Positions 59,951-64,000 of a stretch of DNA of 64,000 nucleotides are shown here, one piece after another. Source of the DNA: the human T2T-CHM13v2.0 reference genome, Homo sapiens. The notes below the pieces were generated by a model, which was given only the letters and a program-made list of their open reading frames with translations, did not search any database and was not told where the DNA came from. Where the stretch lies: the NCBI RefSeq assembly GCF_009914755.1, contig NC_060928.1; one strand, written 5' to 3'. Both the position numbers and the translations under genes were made by a program. Numbering within the stretch: the stretch's first letter is position 1; each line of letters begins with the position of its first letter.

Positions 59951-60537
59951 CTTTTCCTAGCTCTCTATGACTATGGAGTGTATTATAAATTTGTAACATT
60001 TTCCACTCTCATTTTTCAGAACAATGCAATAGTACAATAAAGAAAGAGAAGGCAAGGGAGTTCAGGGTATAGAGAAGATAATGATTATACCTGTTGGGCA
60101 CTTCAACGTAAAAAAAGAGGGGGAGTAAATCAAATGGATTTTTGGGCATGCTGGAGGTGAAATGCTAGTGAGTAAGCTGGAAAAAAGGAGATGCTAGTCA
60201 AAGAGGGGTATTCATGGAATGAAGACCATGGAAAGATCACCAGAGCTGGAAATGGTAATGTTGACATATAGCTATGGGAATGAGTGACTACGCTAGGAGA
60301 GTTGGCAGCAACACTACAGGAGAGGTATACAAGGAAATGAGAGGCCAAGAGGTATAAGAATAATCTGCACAAGTATATTGTAATTATCTAGAACATAAGG
60401 TGAGTATAAAATGTCAGAGAGACTATAAGTGAACTAGGAATTAAAATGGTCAAAAAATGTCCTACATATTCCCACTGAAATATTACATTACATAGTCAGA
60501 AGATATTAAACCTTACATTCTACGCTACCAGTTACTA

Positions 60538-60894
<357 letters not shown>

Positions 60895-62379
60895 AAAAAT
60901 GAATATAAGAATATCATCTCTGCATTCCTGGAGTATTTGGGGGGAAGAACATAATAAATAATGTATATAAGAATTATCTAATGTTATGCTTGGAGACTAT
61001 GAGATGGTTCCAGTATCATCTTGATCTTTACATCTGAACTTTAGATTTTTCAGATCGGGGTAAGAGTTTCATCCAACAGATGGGGCGCTCAGTCTGTGGT
61101 ATGGGAAAGTGAGGAGTCACCCGTCTTTTCTTCAGTCTCTTTTAGATGAAAAGGTGGATGACATTTGGGACTGCTTTTCATCTACTCTCCTATACTCACT
61201 GTCTGTTTGCAAACACCTCACTCTAATCAATAAACATGGTTGGTGATTTTATTCAATAAAGATTTATAGAGCATCTGTTTGGTGCCAACCACATATTCAC
61301 CATATGAGATAGTTTACATTTCCATGTTTTTGGTCCAATACATCTCAGTTTACTTTTTAGTGAGTTCTTCAATTTTCATATATTTTCACTTCAGGTTCAG
61401 GAAAATATCCAGACTTCCTTGCCACCTAGATCATTCTGCACTGTAGAAAAATCCTACAGTGTTCCACATTCAACTCCATAGTCAAGATCTTATTCAACTA
61501 CAAAGCAGTCGGGTAGAATCAATAAACTAAAATGGAAAAAGCAAACAAATAGAGAAACACAACAAAAATAACTAAACTAAAATATTTGAAGCTGCATAAT
61601 TACTTTATATTACATTAGAATTATATACTTTGAGTAAAAGATCAATTGTCAACCTTGCTTTTTTAACAATAAATAGTAATAAGTTTGAACACTTTAGAGA
61701 TAGAGCAAAATATATAATGACTGTTCTAATAATTATTACAGTCTCTAATTTGTCTGTATTTGCCAGTAGATTTTAAATTCTTAGAAAACAAGGGGCATGC
61801 CTTTTCTGTACTTCTATCCCTAGGGACTAACACACACACACTGAGTTATCAGTAAATGTTAATTGCTTTTAATTAAGATAAAGATAGATGGAATTTATAC
61901 AAAACAAAATTGTTTTAAAAATGAACAATAAACCTTGAACCAAGATAAGTTAATATTTTCAAATGTGAAAATAGGTATTATTTCTAAATTAATTCTTAAA
62001 AGTTGTAAATCAAAACTGTTGTGTCAAATGCTTTTATCTCCGATTTCAAGAAAGCAACTGTAATGCAAAATGTATAATATAAGTAATTTATCGTGTCTGA
62101 CATTGAACAGTAGTTTAAATGACCTCTCCGCTCTCCAAACATCTGGTATGTCTCCAATAAATAGGGAAGTATAAAAGGTAATATAGAAGAAAAACTTGCT
62201 CGTGGGTTTAGGGATATAAGTTTGCTAGGCTGGAGGATTATGGATGTATATGCTTTTAATCATGGAAGATTATAAACATACAATCAAAAATTTTTATTAA
62301 AAAATATAAATAGCTTCTGAACAACTGTTGGAATTTGAAATTGAAGCAGTGAGCTCCAAGGGCAATGTAGTTTTCTTAA

Positions 62380-62840
62380 CAATAATAGCTTCTATTTGAT
62401 GAGAATTTTTATTTTGCCAGACACAATAATAAGCAAATTTAATTCATTACTTTTCATTCTTATAACAATCTTAAGAGACACATATAATCTCCAATTTGAT
62501 GTTGAAGAAACTGAAGTGCAAAGAATTTAACAAACTAGCCATGGGTCACAAAATATAAAGTAGTGAAACAAAGTTTGACTTCAGGCCTCACAAATGCTAA
62601 GACACATGCCCTTTTTGCTAACTACCTCTTAGAGCCTGTGTGAGACTACAATAATCATGATGATAATAGCTATGATAGATGTTTTTCCATGTGCAGACTC
62701 TGTTTCAAACCCTTCGCATATAATAACATATTTAATCTTTGTAGCACCCTCATGAAGAAACTGAGAAACAGAAGTTATACGACTGAGCCAAAGACACACA
62801 GCTAACGTAAGACCCTGGCTTAAGTGCGTAACTACACTGT
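62380..62840 (-). mobile_element. Two tandem MIR fragments
   Basis: 'gaagaaactgaagtgcaaagaatttaacaaactagccatgggtcaca'; 'atgaagaaactgagaaacagaagtt...ccaaagacacacagcta'. Confidence 0.7.
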
Positions 62841-63426
62841 TTTTTAAATAAGAGAAATTATAAACAGTTTCTAGCTGAAAGCATGGCACATACTAGGCAC
62901 CAAGTAAATGTAAGCTCCTTTCTTCCCCCATATTCCCCAAATTAACATTTTATTGAATGAATCATGAAAATGATAACACATTATCATGTGCGATGTATAA
63001 GAAATACTAGATGGGTAAAGGATACCTTCTCCATCTATGGTTTTGTTTGATATTTCAGCCCTCTCATTTAAAAGAGAGTTATGATTTTCTGTATTTAGGT
63101 TAATAGTAATATCTGGCACAGTCATCACGTTTAGGTTATGCCTGTTTCATAAACTCTTGTAGTCTGGGCATTTTCATCTAAGTGCCAGGCAATTTGTGAT
63201 TGTGCTTTGTTTTATGACCTTTCAGTTAGTATGCAATCTATCTGACAGTGCTCATCTGACACCTGCAGCAATTTTGCCTAGTATGAAAGCAAGTTTTCCT
63301 GAGACACTAACTTGGGCTGAATAAATCAAATGTAATCCAATACTTCTGAAATGCTTCCATTGTCGATATATCTCTGAATGGTATGACAAGAAGAGTCATA
63401 CTTTCTGGCATGAGTTGTTTCTTTAA

Positions 63427-63735
<309 letters not shown>

Positions 63736-64000
63736 GTTTCTTTGAAATTCTATGCAAATTCCAGCTCATAGTCTATTGCTTTTAAAAATAATAATAATAA
63801 TAACTGGTTATTTTCAAGAATTGGCAGTTCATCATTTTAGTGAAGCTAGAAATAAATGCTTTTAGAGAAAGGAGTTTTTATATCACCATCATATGGCAAA
63901 TCATTGAACCCCACCATTTGCCTTTATGAATTTAAACAAGTTAATAGACTGTTTTGAGGTTATTTAATATTTAATCATTTCCTATTTCTCCCCCAATTGA

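Noticed and set aside
60001-60405. Possible exon 60020-60399 (ttttcag acceptor, AAG|gtgagt donor)
   Set aside because: At 380 nt it is long for an internal exon, it overlaps L2-like sequence and has competing internal donors; such site pairs are expected by chance in 64 kb.

Overview
Primate (human-like: AluS, L1PA/L1PB, THE1/MST) AT-rich genomic DNA made mostly of transposon remnants. I found no credible protein-coding exon, RNA gene, CRISPR array or CpG island; the listed ORFs are repeat-derived or chance. Bases 1-25 kb hold nested L1, MaLR and hAT elements. These include an L1 bounded by a 16-bp TSD that has lost its interior, an inverted L1 with twin-priming geometry carrying a full MST provirus, and a near-complete hAT-Blackjack-like transposon split by a 7.4-kb L1 nest. 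Bases 25-64 kb are older MIR/L2/MER terrain with solo LTRs, Alus and microsatellites. The most unusual signal is an Alu at 52.1-52.5 kb whose right arm carries a patchwork insertion copied from two sites 0.7 and 2 kb downstream. Also notable are a short polyadenylated retrocopy-like piece at 51.1-51.4 kb, a long compound (GAA/TTC) tract at 33.6-33.9 kb and a candidate 100-nt non-coding exon at 28.6 kb. All repeat subfamily names come from recalled consensus motifs and need RepeatMasker/Dfam confirmation. Boundaries without a stated TSD are approximate.
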